From positions 1 to 32,001 of the forward strand of contig DAIOXD010000002.1 of the NCBI GenBank assembly GCA_036758145.1: a DNA stretch of 32,001 nucleotides, read 5' to 3'. The DNA is from Candidatus Limnocylindrales bacterium (GTDB lineage: Bacteria > Chloroflexota > Limnocylindria > Limnocylindrales > CSP1-4). The position numbers and the translations under genes are program-made. Below the pieces are notes generated by a model, which did not search any database, was not told the DNA's origin, and saw only the letters and a program-made list of their open reading frames with translations. Positions 22,537 to 30,771 of this stretch are shown here, piece after piece. Each line of letters opens with the position of its first letter. Positions within the stretch are counted from its first letter, which is position 1.

Positions 22537-24528
22537 TCAGAGGCGGCGCGCCAGTTCCCTTCCCTCGTAGAAGGCGAGGCTCGCACGGCGGGGAGCGACG
22601 GCGTCGCCGATCTGATGGAAGGCGATGCCGCGGGCGGTGAGCGCGGCGCCGAGGGCCGTTTCGGCGACCGGGGTCTCGGCGATGACGAGGGTGTCTGCGT
22701 GGATCTCGGCGGATTCGCCGGTCAGCGTGGACCGGACCGTGGCGATGCCCCTGTCCCACGCGAGGACGCTCGAGGATGTGATCGAGCGGCCGCCGGCCGC
22801 CGCAAACCGCTTGCGCAACGGCCCGTCGGCCGCGCTGTGGAAGAGGCCGGCGGCGACGACCGCGGCCCCGGTCAGGATCGTCACGTCGTGGCCGGTCTCG
22901 GCGAGCTGGACGGCCGTTCCAAGCCCGCGCCAGTCGTTGAGGTCATCGAGGACGAGGACGCGCCCGCCCGCGGTGGCCATGCCGTCCAGCACGTCGTGGA
23001 TCGCGACGACATCAGCGCCGTCCACCCCGGGGAGCCGATCGACCATCGGCAGCGCCCGCTGGAACCCGGCCCGGGCCGGACGGGACCCGGTCGCGACGAC
23101 CACCTCGTCCGCGCCGGCGGCCGCGACATCCTCGGCCTCAGCCTCGACCCACAGCCGCACGTCCACCCCGAGCGTCTCGAGCCGTCGCCCGAACCAGCCC
23201 AGCAGGTCCGTGATCTGGCCCCGCGACGGCTGGAGCCCGGCGAGCCGGAACTGGCCGCCGAGGACCGGCCCACGCTCGAGGAGCGTCACCTGGTGACCGC
23301 GCTCCGCCGCGACCCTGGCCGCCTCCAGCCCGGCGGGCCCGCCGCCCACCACCAGGACGAACCGCGGCACCGTGGCCGGCTCGAACCGGTCGCCGCCCCA
23401 TTCCCACTCACGCCCGGCCGACGGGTTGACGAGGCACGAGATCCAGTAGTCGCGCGACCGCCGGCCCCAGCACAGCTGGTTGCACGAGATGCACGGCCGA
23501 ACGTCGTCGGCGCGCCCCGCCCGGGCCTTCGCGACCAGGTGCGGATCGGCGATCTGGCCGCGCACGATGCTGACCATGTCGGCGTGGCCCGCCGCCAGCA
23601 CGGCCTCGGCCGCGGCCGGCGTCCGGATGTGGCTCTCGGCCTGGACCTTCGCGTTCCGGACGACCGCCTTGAGCGCCGCGGCGAACGGCTCCCCGAGTCG
23701 CTGCTCGAGCAGCGACGTCGGGATGATCGCCTCGAAATCGAAATAGGAGCCCGTCCCGCACGTGACGTAGTCCATCAGCCGCCGCTCGTCGTGCCAGGCG
23801 ATGATCTCGGCGAGCTCCGCGATCGACGGGAACGCGTCGGACGCCGGATCCGCACTGATCGCGAGCCCGATGATGAAGTCCTCGCCACATCGCTCGCGGA
23901 TCCGGCCGAGGATCTCGGACGAGAAGCGCATCCGGTTCTCGAAGGTACCGCCCCACTCGTCCGTTCGCCGGTTCGACCAGGGCGCCCAGAACTGGTCGAC
24001 GACGGCGTGGTAGGCGGCGAAGATCTCCACCCCGTCGAACCCGCTCGCCTGGGCGCGCGCCGCGGCCGCGACGAAGCCTTCGATGAGTTCCTCGACCTCG
24101 TCGGGCGCCATCGCATGGCTGCCGTCGGCGTCGTGGTAGGACGGCAGCCCCGAAGGCGACCAGTTGGGCGCGAACGAGTTGTCGGCGTCGCCGTGCTGGC
24201 CGACGTGATAGAGCTGGTGGATCATCACGATCTCGGGGCTCGCCTCTCGGCAGGCGTCGGTGACTGCCCGGAAGGCGGGGATGATCGCGTCGTCGTCATG
24301 GCGGAAGTTGCCGCGGGTCAGGACGCCGGTCCGGTGGATCGGCACCGGCTCGACCACGATCATCGCCGCCCCACCGAGCGCCCGTTCACGGTAGTAGCCG
24401 ATGTGCCGCGCGCCAGGCAGCCCGTCCTCGGCCATGTTCGCGGTGTGCGCCCCGAAGACGATCCGGCTGGTCAGCGTCTTGTGGCGGAGCTGGAGCGGCT
24501 CGAAGACGTGCGGGAAGTCGGCCGCCAC
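22537..24528 (-). CDS. OYE-like FMN / 4Fe-4S / FAD-NAD(P) flavoprotein (2,4-dienoyl-CoA reductase / amine demethylase family), 663 aa
   Basis: ORF 22537..25512 (-) is a read-through artefact. No ATG lies upstream of the conserved N-terminus, so I set the start at GTG 24528-24526 (VAADFPHVFEPLQLRHKTLTSRIVFGAH), 2 nt after the upstream stop. Motifs seen: EWGGTFENRMRF, a four-Cys motif CISCNQLCWGRRSRDYWISC, and the Rossmann motif VLVVGGGPAGLEAARVAAERGH. Confidence 0.85.
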   Translation of the reverse strand: MAADFPHVFEPLQLRHKTLTSRIVFGAHTANMAEDGLPGARHIGYYRERALGGAAMIVVEPVPIHRTGVLTRGNFRHDDDAIIPAFRAVTDACREASPEIVMIHQLYHVGQHGDADNSFAPNWSPSGLPSYHDADGSHAMAPDEVEELIEGFVAAAARAQASGFDGVEIFAAYHAVVDQFWAPWSNRRTDEWGGTFENRMRFSSEILGRIRERCGEDFIIGLAISADPASDAFPSIAELAEIIAWHDERRLMDYVTCGTGSYFDFEAIIPTSLLEQRLGEPFAAALKAVVRNAKVQAESHIRTPAAAEAVLAAGHADMVSIVRGQIADPHLVAKARAGRADDVRPCISCNQLCWGRRSRDYWISCLVNPSAGREWEWGGDRFEPATVPRFVLVVGGGPAGLEAARVAAERGHQVTLLERGPVLGGQFRLAGLQPSRGQITDLLGWFGRRLETLGVDVRLWVEAEAEDVAAAGADEVVVATGSRPARAGFQRALPMVDRLPGVDGADVVAIHDVLDGMATAGGRVLVLDDLNDWRGLGTAVQLAETGHDVTILTGAAVVAAGLFHSAADGPLRKRFAAAGGRSITSSSVLAWDRGIATVRSTLTGESAEIHADTLVIAETPVAETALGAALTARGIAFHQIGDAVAPRRASLAFYEGRELARRL

Positions 24529-24530
24529 GA

Positions 24531-25577
24531 TCAGGCTCGTCGCGGCTGCCCGGGTGGCTCGGCCGCCTCGGCTTCTCCGGCCTCCCCGGCGGCGCCGGGC
24601 GCCACCCCCTCGGCAGCTTCTTGCGCCTCGCGGTTCCGTCGCGCCAGCAGGGCGATCACGCCGCCGACCGAGGTCATCCCCAGGATCATCACGTGGACCA
24701 GCAGCCCGAGCGCGAAGGCGGCATCGCGCGGGACCCCGAATCCGGCCGCGATCTCGACGACGGTCAGCTCGAAGGTGCCCACGAACCCGGGACCCGAAGG
24801 GATGATCGTCACGAGCGCGACACCGCTCGTCACCAGGGCCGCCTGGGCGAGCGACAGCTGCACGCCGACCGCCTGCCCGGCCGCCAGGAACGTGCCGATC
24901 GACGCGGCCCAGGCCAGGGCGCTGAAGAACAGGGCCCCCGCGATCGTCCGCGGGCGCCCGGCCACCGCCAGGCCCTCGCGCAGCCGCCGGGCGAGCTCGA
25001 GGACCCGTGGCCAGCGCTCGATGATCGCCGTGGCCCGGCTCGCGCCCGGCAGGCGATGCGCCGCCATCCCCAGACCCAGCGCGATCACCAGCAGTGACAC
25101 GAAGGCGAACCCAAGCAGGACCGCATTGGTCATGACCCCACGCACGCTCAGGACCAGGACCGCGAGGGCCGCGATCGCGACGACCATGACGGTGTCCACC
25201 ACCCGCTCGACCACCACCGTCCCAAGCACCGTCGTCCGGCTGACCCCCTCGCCCTCGCCCAGCGCATGACTCCGGTAGAGCTCGCCCAGGCGCGCCGGCA
25301 GAACGTTGTTGGCGAGGTATCCGAGATACGTGTAACCGAGGACACGCCGGTACGGCAACGGTGCGATCGGAGCCAGCAGGACGCGCCAGCGGGCCCCCCG
25401 GGAGGAGATGTCGAGGATCGCCGTGACGAGCATCACCGCGATCCACAGCGGGGATGCCGTACCCAGGACCTGGAGCGCCGTCCCCACATCGACCGAGTGG
25501 ACGAGGATCCACACGGCGGCCACGCTGATGGCGATGCCGATCGTCCCTCGCAGCAACGCGCCTCGGCCGATCGACAT
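24531..25577 (-). CDS. Flippase-like / lysylphosphatidylglycerol-synthase-TM-region (UPF0104) family integral membrane protein, 348 aa
   Basis: ORF 24531..26126 (-), trimmed to ATG 25577 (MSIGRGALLRGTIGIAISVAAVWILV). It has about 8 hydrophobic segments, the motif YLGYLANNVLPARLGE, and a low-complexity Ala/Glu/Gly tail. It lies 8 nt downstream of a GT2 gene, which is the usual partner. Confidence 0.7.
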   Translation of the reverse strand: MSIGRGALLRGTIGIAISVAAVWILVHSVDVGTALQVLGTASPLWIAVMLVTAILDISSRGARWRVLLAPIAPLPYRRVLGYTYLGYLANNVLPARLGELYRSHALGEGEGVSRTTVLGTVVVERVVDTVMVVAIAALAVLVLSVRGVMTNAVLLGFAFVSLLVIALGLGMAAHRLPGASRATAIIERWPRVLELARRLREGLAVAGRPRTIAGALFFSALAWAASIGTFLAAGQAVGVQLSLAQAALVTSGVALVTIIPSGPGFVGTFELTVVEIAAGFGVPRDAAFALGLLVHVMILGMTSVGGVIALLARRNREAQEAAEGVAPGAAGEAGEAEAAEPPGQPRRA

Positions 25578-25585
25578 CAGGCGGC

Positions 25586-26356
25586 TCAGTCGGGGCGACG
25601 CGCGGCGAGCTTCCGGGAGCGCCGGACTCGGAACCGGTGAAGGAGGTAGCGCGCGACCACCCGCAAGGTGGAAAGGCCGTAGACGACGCTGCGTTTGAAG
25701 CCGACCGAGGAGGCTTCCTCGAAGTAGCGGGTCGGCACGGCGATCTCCCCGATCCGCGCCGCCAGCCCGGCCGCGACGACCTGCGCCACGAGCTCCTGAT
25801 CGAACACGAAGTCGTCGCTGTTCAGGCGATACGGGATCGTCTCGAGCAGCTTTCGACTGTAGGCGCGGAGACCTGTGTGGTACTCGGACAGGTGCATCCC
25901 GAACGCGAAGTTCTCGACGGTCGTGAGCGATCGGTTGCTGACGTATTTCCAGATCGGCATCCCGCCGGCGCGGGGATCGCCCAGGAATCGGCTGCCGAGC
26001 ATGAGGTCGTGCGATCCGTCGGCGATCGGGGCGATAAGCGCCGGGATCCGCGTCGCGTCGTACTGGTAGTCGGGATGGAGCATCACGACGATATCGGCGC
26101 CGGCCGCGAGGGCGGCGTCGTAGCACGTCTTCTGGTTGCCGCCGTACCCGAGATTCTGGCTATGGATGATGACGTCGAGCCCGAGCTGCCTGGCGATATC
26201 GACGGTCTCATCGTGCGACACGTCGTCCACGAGGATGATCCGATGGACCAGGTCGTGCGGGATGTCGGCATAGGTCCGCTCGAGTGTTCGTGCCGCGTTG
26301 TAGGCGGGCATCACGATCACCACGCGCGGCGCGGCATCGGCTTCGGGCATTGGCAC
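25586..26356 (-). CDS. Family 2 glycosyltransferase (polyprenol-phosphate sugar synthase-like)
   Basis: ORF 25586..26356 (-, GTG; an ATG lies two codons in, at 26350). Motifs seen: VVIVMPAYNAARTLERT, ILVDDVSHDET, NLGYGGNQK and MLHPDYQYD. Confidence 0.85.
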   Translation of the reverse strand: MPMPEADAAPRVVIVMPAYNAARTLERTYADIPHDLVHRIILVDDVSHDETVDIARQLGLDVIIHSQNLGYGGNQKTCYDAALAAGADIVVMLHPDYQYDATRIPALIAPIADGSHDLMLGSRFLGDPRAGGMPIWKYVSNRSLTTVENFAFGMHLSEYHTGLRAYSRKLLETIPYRLNSDDFVFDQELVAQVVAAGLAARIGEIAVPTRYFEEASSVGFKRSVVYGLSTLRVVARYLLHRFRVRRSRKLAARRPD

Positions 26357-26467
26357 GCGCGAAGGGTACCGCAGCGACGGCAGTGACCCGTCATGGGAGC
26401 GTGACCTTCATATGAGACGATGCCGCCAGCAGCCCGACGCTTCGAGCCCTCGAGGAAGGCGCCCACC

Positions 26468-27070
26468 ATGTTCGAACGACTCTTCGGTACCAAGGAACAG
26501 GACCCCGCGATCGCGGGACGCATCCCGCCCGGCCAATACAAGACCGACAAGTTCCCGGTCCTCCACTACGGCTCGGTCCCGCACACGGACCTCGCGACAT
26601 GGGATTTCAAGGTCTGGGGCGAGGTCGACTCGCCGTTCACCCTGACCTGGGACCAGTTCAAGCACCTTCCGCGCAAGACCGTGAACACCGACATCCACTG
26701 CGTCACGCGCTGGTCAAAGCTCGACACGACCTGGGAGGGCGTCCCGATCCAGACCATCCTCGAGATGGCCGGCGTCCGATCGAACGCGACCCACGTCGTC
26801 TCGCATGCGGAACAGGGCTATACCGCGAATGTGCCGCTCTCGGTCCTCGACGACGACGACGTGATGCTGGCCGACACCTTCGGTGGCGAGCCACTCGAGC
26901 TCGAACACGGGTACCCGCTCCGCATGCTCATCCCGAAGCGGTATTTCTGGAAGAGCAGCAAGTGGGTCCGCGGCCTCGAATTCCTCGACCACGACCAGCT
27001 CGGCTTCTGGGAACGCTACGGCTACAACAACGACGCCGATCCCTGGAAGGAAGAGCGCTTCAGCGAATAA
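26468..27070 (+). CDS. Sulfite-oxidase-like molybdopterin oxidoreductase domain protein (short, YedY/MsrP-related), about 200 aa, no signal peptide
   Basis: ORF 26420..27070 (+). I prefer ATG 26468, which has GAGGAAGG 8 nt upstream. Motifs seen: DIHCVTRWSK, EHGYPLRMLIPKRYFWKSSKWV and LGFWERYGY. Confidence 0.75.
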   Translation: MFERLFGTKEQDPAIAGRIPPGQYKTDKFPVLHYGSVPHTDLATWDFKVWGEVDSPFTLTWDQFKHLPRKTVNTDIHCVTRWSKLDTTWEGVPIQTILEMAGVRSNATHVVSHAEQGYTANVPLSVLDDDDVMLADTFGGEPLELEHGYPLRMLIPKRYFWKSSKWVRGLEFLDHDQLGFWERYGYNNDADPWKEERFSE

Positions 27071-27085
27071 GGCGACCGCCCTGCG

Positions 27086-27466
27086 TCAGCCCTGCCCGGG
27101 CACCGGACCCTGGCGGACACCGAAGACGTTGCCGTCGGGGTCGCTGAACCAGGCGCCGCGGGCTGGCCCGATCTGGGCGATGAAGTCGACCGTCTTGGGC
27201 GTCTCGTACTCCTGGAACGCGACGCCCCGACCGGTGAGCTCGCGGACGACCGCCTCGATATCGTCGACCTCGAAATGGCCGACCGTCTGACCGACGTTCG
27301 GCTGCCCCTTCCGGACCGAGACCTGGCTCCCCTTCCCGGCCCCGAACCGGATCGCGAACGGCTGTTCCTCGAGCACCTGGAGCCCGACCTGATCGCGGTA
27401 GAACGCCTTGGCCCGGTCGAGATCGGTCACCGCGACCGTCGTCACCAGCATCGAATGAGCGAGCAT
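27086..27466 (-). CDS. VOC (glyoxalase / bleomycin-resistance / dioxygenase) family protein, 126 aa
   Basis: ORF 27086..27466 (-), with AAGAGGTG upstream. It shows the typical pattern VAVTDLDRAKAFYRDQVGL ... GAWFSDPDGNVFGV. Confidence 0.75.
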   Translation of the reverse strand: MLAHSMLVTTVAVTDLDRAKAFYRDQVGLQVLEEQPFAIRFGAGKGSQVSVRKGQPNVGQTVGHFEVDDIEAVVRELTGRGVAFQEYETPKTVDFIAQIGPARGAWFSDPDGNVFGVRQGPVPGQG

Positions 27467-27525
27467 GTCGCACCTCTTGGGGGTCCGTCGCAGCCGAGAC
27501 GACGACTTCTTGGCACACTACGCCA

Positions 27526-28314
27526 ATGACCGATCCATCGGGACCGCTTCCCGCCATCTACCTGGGCCACGGCGCCCCGCCGCTGCTCGAAGACGCCGAG
27601 TGGATGGGCGAGCTCGGCGACTGGGGCGCATCGCTCCCACGCCCGAAATCGATCCTCATCGTCAGCGCCCACTGGCAGACGGCCCCGATGGCGCTCAGTT
27701 CGACGCACAAGGTCCCGCTCGTCTACGACTTCTACGGCTTCCCGCAGCACTACTACGAGATGACCTACGACTCGCCGGGCGCACCAGGCCTGGCCGCGGC
27801 GGTCCGCGCGCTCATGCCGGCCAACGAACCCGTCCTCGAACGCGAGACGCGCGGCCTCGACCATGGCGCGTGGGTACCGCTCAAGGCGATGTACCCCGAC
27901 GCCGACATCCCGGTCCTCCAGATGTCGATGCCCGCCCTCGATCCGCAGCACTTGTTCGATGTCGGCCGGCGGCTCGCGCCGTTGCGAGATGAGGGCGTGC
28001 TGATCGTCGGGAGCGGGTTCATGACCCACGGCCTGCCGTTCGTCCACGAGTACTTCATGGGCAAGCCCGGGGCGCCGCAGTGGTCGATCGACTTCGACCA
28101 ATGGGCCACCGAAGCCCTCGTCCGCGGCGATATCGACGAGCTCTTCGCCTTCCGCGAGAAGGCGCCGGGAATGCCCTACGCGCACCCGACGGTCGAACAC
28201 TTCGCGCCGCTCTTCGTGACGCTTGGTGCGGTCGCCAGGCCCGATGACACGCCCGACTTCACGATCGAGGGCTACTTCTACGGGCTTTCGAAGCGCTCCT
28301 TCGAGGCGCGCTGA
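27526..28314 (+). CDS. Class III extradiol dioxygenase, LigB/YgiD (4,5-DOPA dioxygenase-like) family, 262 aa
   Basis: ORF 27526..28314 (+). Motifs seen: AIYLGHGAPP, LIVSAHW, LVYDFYGFP, LDHGAWVPL and GSGFMTHG. Confidence 0.85.
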   Translation: MTDPSGPLPAIYLGHGAPPLLEDAEWMGELGDWGASLPRPKSILIVSAHWQTAPMALSSTHKVPLVYDFYGFPQHYYEMTYDSPGAPGLAAAVRALMPANEPVLERETRGLDHGAWVPLKAMYPDADIPVLQMSMPALDPQHLFDVGRRLAPLRDEGVLIVGSGFMTHGLPFVHEYFMGKPGAPQWSIDFDQWATEALVRGDIDELFAFREKAPGMPYAHPTVEHFAPLFVTLGAVARPDDTPDFTIEGYFYGLSKRSFEAR

Positions 28315-28322
28315 CGGGCGCG

Positions 28323-29180
28323 CTAACTGCGCCGCGGACCGCGCAGCAATCGCGGGTCGGGCGCGAACAGGCGTAGCCGACCGGCCAACAGCAGCAATTC
28401 CCGGTCGAGGAGCCTGACCAGCGCCTCGAGCCGGTCGGCCGTCGTCGCCGCCTCGAGGAGCGCCTGGCGACGCGGCAGCTCGATCTGGACGATGCCCGAC
28501 AGCAGGTAGGACAGGACGGTCGGGTCATCCGGGATCGCGAGGTCGCGCCGGCGCTCGGCTTCGGTGGCCTGCGTCACGGTCTCGATCTCGAGCGCACCCG
28601 GCGGCTCGTCGGCGTCGTCGACGTCCTCGACGCCGATGTCGAGATCGACGTCGTCGACCATCGATTCGTCGTCGCTCGGGTCGTCGTCGGCCGTGTCGCC
28701 GACGCCGGTATTCTCGACCTCGACACGGATGTCGAGGACCTCGCTCGTCTCGCCCTCGCGCGCCCGCATGAGCTCGAGGTACCGGACGAAGCGCCGGATG
28801 GCCGAGGCGGCAAGTCGCTCGGCGCGAGCCTCGTCGCCGACCTCGTCCTCGAGCGGCGTGACATCGGCCACGAGGTAGGGTTCGCGGCCCGGATCGACCG
28901 TGTCGATGGCGAACCGCCCGGTCGCTGCCGCCAGGAGGTCATAGCGGCCATCGGGATATCGACCGGCCTCGCGGATCTCGACGAGCGCCCCGACCCCCGC
29001 CAGGGCGAGTGTCCGAACCGTGCCCTCCTCATGACCGTCGCGGATCAGGACGACCCCGAACGGCGCACCCGTGTCGAGGCAGTGGCGGGTCAGGGCCCGA
29101 TAGCGATCCTCGAAGATGTGGAGGGGCAGGACGATGCCCGGACAGAGGACCGTGTGCAACGGGAAGAGGGGGATCTCCAT
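28323..29180 (-). CDS. Lon N-terminal (substrate-binding, PUA-like) domain protein with a long acidic insertion, 285 aa
   Basis: ORF 28323..29195 (-). I prefer ATG 29180. The N-terminus MEIPLFPLHTVLCPGIVLPLHIFEDRYR is the hallmark of the LON_substr_bdg domain. No ATPase or protease domain follows. Confidence 0.75.
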   Translation of the reverse strand: MEIPLFPLHTVLCPGIVLPLHIFEDRYRALTRHCLDTGAPFGVVLIRDGHEEGTVRTLALAGVGALVEIREAGRYPDGRYDLLAAATGRFAIDTVDPGREPYLVADVTPLEDEVGDEARAERLAASAIRRFVRYLELMRAREGETSEVLDIRVEVENTGVGDTADDDPSDDESMVDDVDLDIGVEDVDDADEPPGALEIETVTQATEAERRRDLAIPDDPTVLSYLLSGIVQIELPRRQALLEAATTADRLEALVRLLDRELLLLAGRLRLFAPDPRLLRGPRRS

Positions 29181-29311
29181 CGACCATCCCTTCACGGTTC
29201 GATCTCGATCGCGGATGGCCCGGGCGGCCGTCCGTCACGAGTCTAGTCCGCTTGCGGCCGGCGGTGCGTATGCCCCAATGGTCCGGCCATCTCGGGCGCC
29301 CTGCAAATGAC

Positions 29312-29337
29312 GAAGCCGCCGGTCGCCCGGCGGCTTC
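29312..29337 (-). terminator. Candidate intrinsic terminator after the IscA-like gene
   Basis: A perfect 11-bp stem GAAGCCGCCGG / CCGGCGGCTTC with a 4-nt loop. On the minus-strand transcript it is followed by GUCAUUUGC, a short U run. It starts 43 nt after the stop at 29380. Confidence 0.5.
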
Positions 29338-29379
29338 AGTGGTGTCGGTCGTGGTGCCCGCGACTCGGCGGGCGACGGG

Positions 29380-29763
29380 TCAGTGCGAGCAGCCCTTGGG
29401 GGCCCCGCCGTCGTCGGCGGTCCGGAAGCTGGAGCCGCACCCGCAGGCCGCCACGGCGTTGGGGTTGTTGACCGTGAAGCCGGCGCCCATCAGCGTGTCG
29501 ACGTAGTCGATCTGCGAGCCCTTGAGCAGGTCAACGGACTGGCCATCGACATAGACCTTGATCCCGCTGACATCGAGGATGCGATCCTCGGGGGTCGGGG
29601 CGTCTTCGAGCATCATCCCGTAGCGGAAGCCCGAGCAGCCGCCGGAGTAGACGTAGACGCGCAGGCCGATCGCCGGGTTGGTCTCTTCCTTGGTCAGCTC
29701 GCTGAGCTTGCCGATCGCGGCATCGGTGAGCGAGACCACGGTCGCGGGCTGCTGGTCGATCAT
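29380..29763 (-). CDS. Iron-sulfur cluster assembly accessory protein (HesB/IscA/ErpA family), 127 aa
   Basis: ORF 29380..29844 (-), trimmed to ATG 29763, with GGAGG 10 nt upstream. It has the three conserved Cys in GGCSGFRYGM and ACGCGSSF, plus a 13-aa C-terminal tail RTADDGGAPKGCSH. Confidence 0.85.
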   Translation of the reverse strand: MIDQQPATVVSLTDAAIGKLSELTKEETNPAIGLRVYVYSGGCSGFRYGMMLEDAPTPEDRILDVSGIKVYVDGQSVDLLKGSQIDYVDTLMGAGFTVNNPNAVAACGCGSSFRTADDGGAPKGCSH

Positions 29764-30045
29764 CGGGCTTGGGCCTCCGGGAACTGGATCAGGTTCGATT
29801 TGTGCCTCGGGATACCCGGTGCACGCACATCGTACGCACGACAACCGGTTTCGACAAGCGTGGGCGCCGAAACTCTCGTACTGGGATCGATGGGCCAGTG
29901 TCGGGAGAGTTAGTGCGGTCCGGAAAGCCGTTGCGCGGCCATCGCCGTGATGGGGCCGTCATATGGCTGCAAGGCACGTGGGGCGAAGGTCTGACATGAT
30001 CGGCTCAGTTGGGCGAGGGTCGCCCAGGACACAAGGAAACATGCC

Positions 30046-30276
30046 GTGATCCAGTCACAACCACGAACGATCTACGTCGAACGGGGCCATGGCGCCCTGC
30101 ACGGGCCGCTCACCGTCCTCCTCGTCATCTGGGCGCTCGCCTTGCCAATCGTCCTGCTGCTGCTGACCGGCTTGGGGCCGATCGGTTGGCTCCTTGGTGC
30201 CGGCCTGGCATTCCTGTTCGGCATCCCGTGGCTCGTCGGCCTCGCAGTGGTCTGGTTCCTCCGCCGGCTCACGTAA
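30046..30276 (+). CDS. Small membrane protein, 76 aa, two predicted TM helices
   Basis: ORF 30046..30276 (+, GTG), with AAGGAAAC about 8 nt upstream. Hydrophobic segments are LTVLLVIWALALPIVLLLLTGL and LLGAGLAFLFGIPWLVGLAVVWFL. I recognised no family. Confidence 0.45.
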   Translation: MIQSQPRTIYVERGHGALHGPLTVLLVIWALALPIVLLLLTGLGPIGWLLGAGLAFLFGIPWLVGLAVVWFLRRLT

Positions 30277-30304
30277 CCCTCGATCGCGGACGCGCCGCCG
30301 ATCC

Positions 30305-30769
30305 TCAGTGGTCGGCGGTGTCCAGCGTCAGACGCGAGCTGTGGTACCCGGCGATCGGATGATGCGCACGGGCCTGGAAGCGCATCGACACCTCGCGGCC
30401 GTCCCGCGCCAGCAGCCGATACTCGCCGTCCTGTCGTCCATCGGTGAGGAAGCGCTGCCACTCCATCGGCGTGTCGGCAGCTAGGTCGGGGGCCGCGATG
30501 TCCTCGACCCCTCGACCGAGAAGCTCCGCAGGCTCGTAACCAAGCGCGGCCTTGACGCCTCCGCCGACCGCCACGTAGCGATGGTCATCGTCCGCCACCA
30601 GCACGAATGAACCGCCGTCGGGTTCGGTCAGCTCCTGGTATCGAAGCCATGCTGCGATGACCTCGATCGCCGCCTCGCGGTATCCAGGCGCGACCGGGTC
30701 CGTGGCCTCCCATCGGCGTTCGGCCGCCCGCCACGCGTCAAGCGCATCCGGGATCTGCGTCGTGGGCAT
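30305..30769 (-). CDS. Stand-alone PAS-domain protein, 154 aa
   Basis: ORF 30305..30832 (-), trimmed to ATG 30769, 2 nt after the thiolase stop. An N-terminal helical segment is followed by a PAS-like core: FVLVADDDHRYVAVGGGVKAALGYEPAELLGRGVEDI...GEYRLLARDGREVSMRFQA. Confidence 0.6.
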   Translation of the reverse strand: MPTTQIPDALDAWRAAERRWEATDPVAPGYREAAIEVIAAWLRYQELTEPDGGSFVLVADDDHRYVAVGGGVKAALGYEPAELLGRGVEDIAAPDLAADTPMEWQRFLTDGRQDGEYRLLARDGREVSMRFQARAHHPIAGYHSSRLTLDTADH

Positions 30770-30771
30770 GG

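Noticed and set aside
26351-26370. TGGCAC, resembling the -24 element of a sigma-54 promoter, at the GT2 gene start.
   Set aside because: The required TTGC -12 element is absent at the correct spacing (the sequence reads gcgcgaaggg). The hexamer also overlaps the GT2 coding start.
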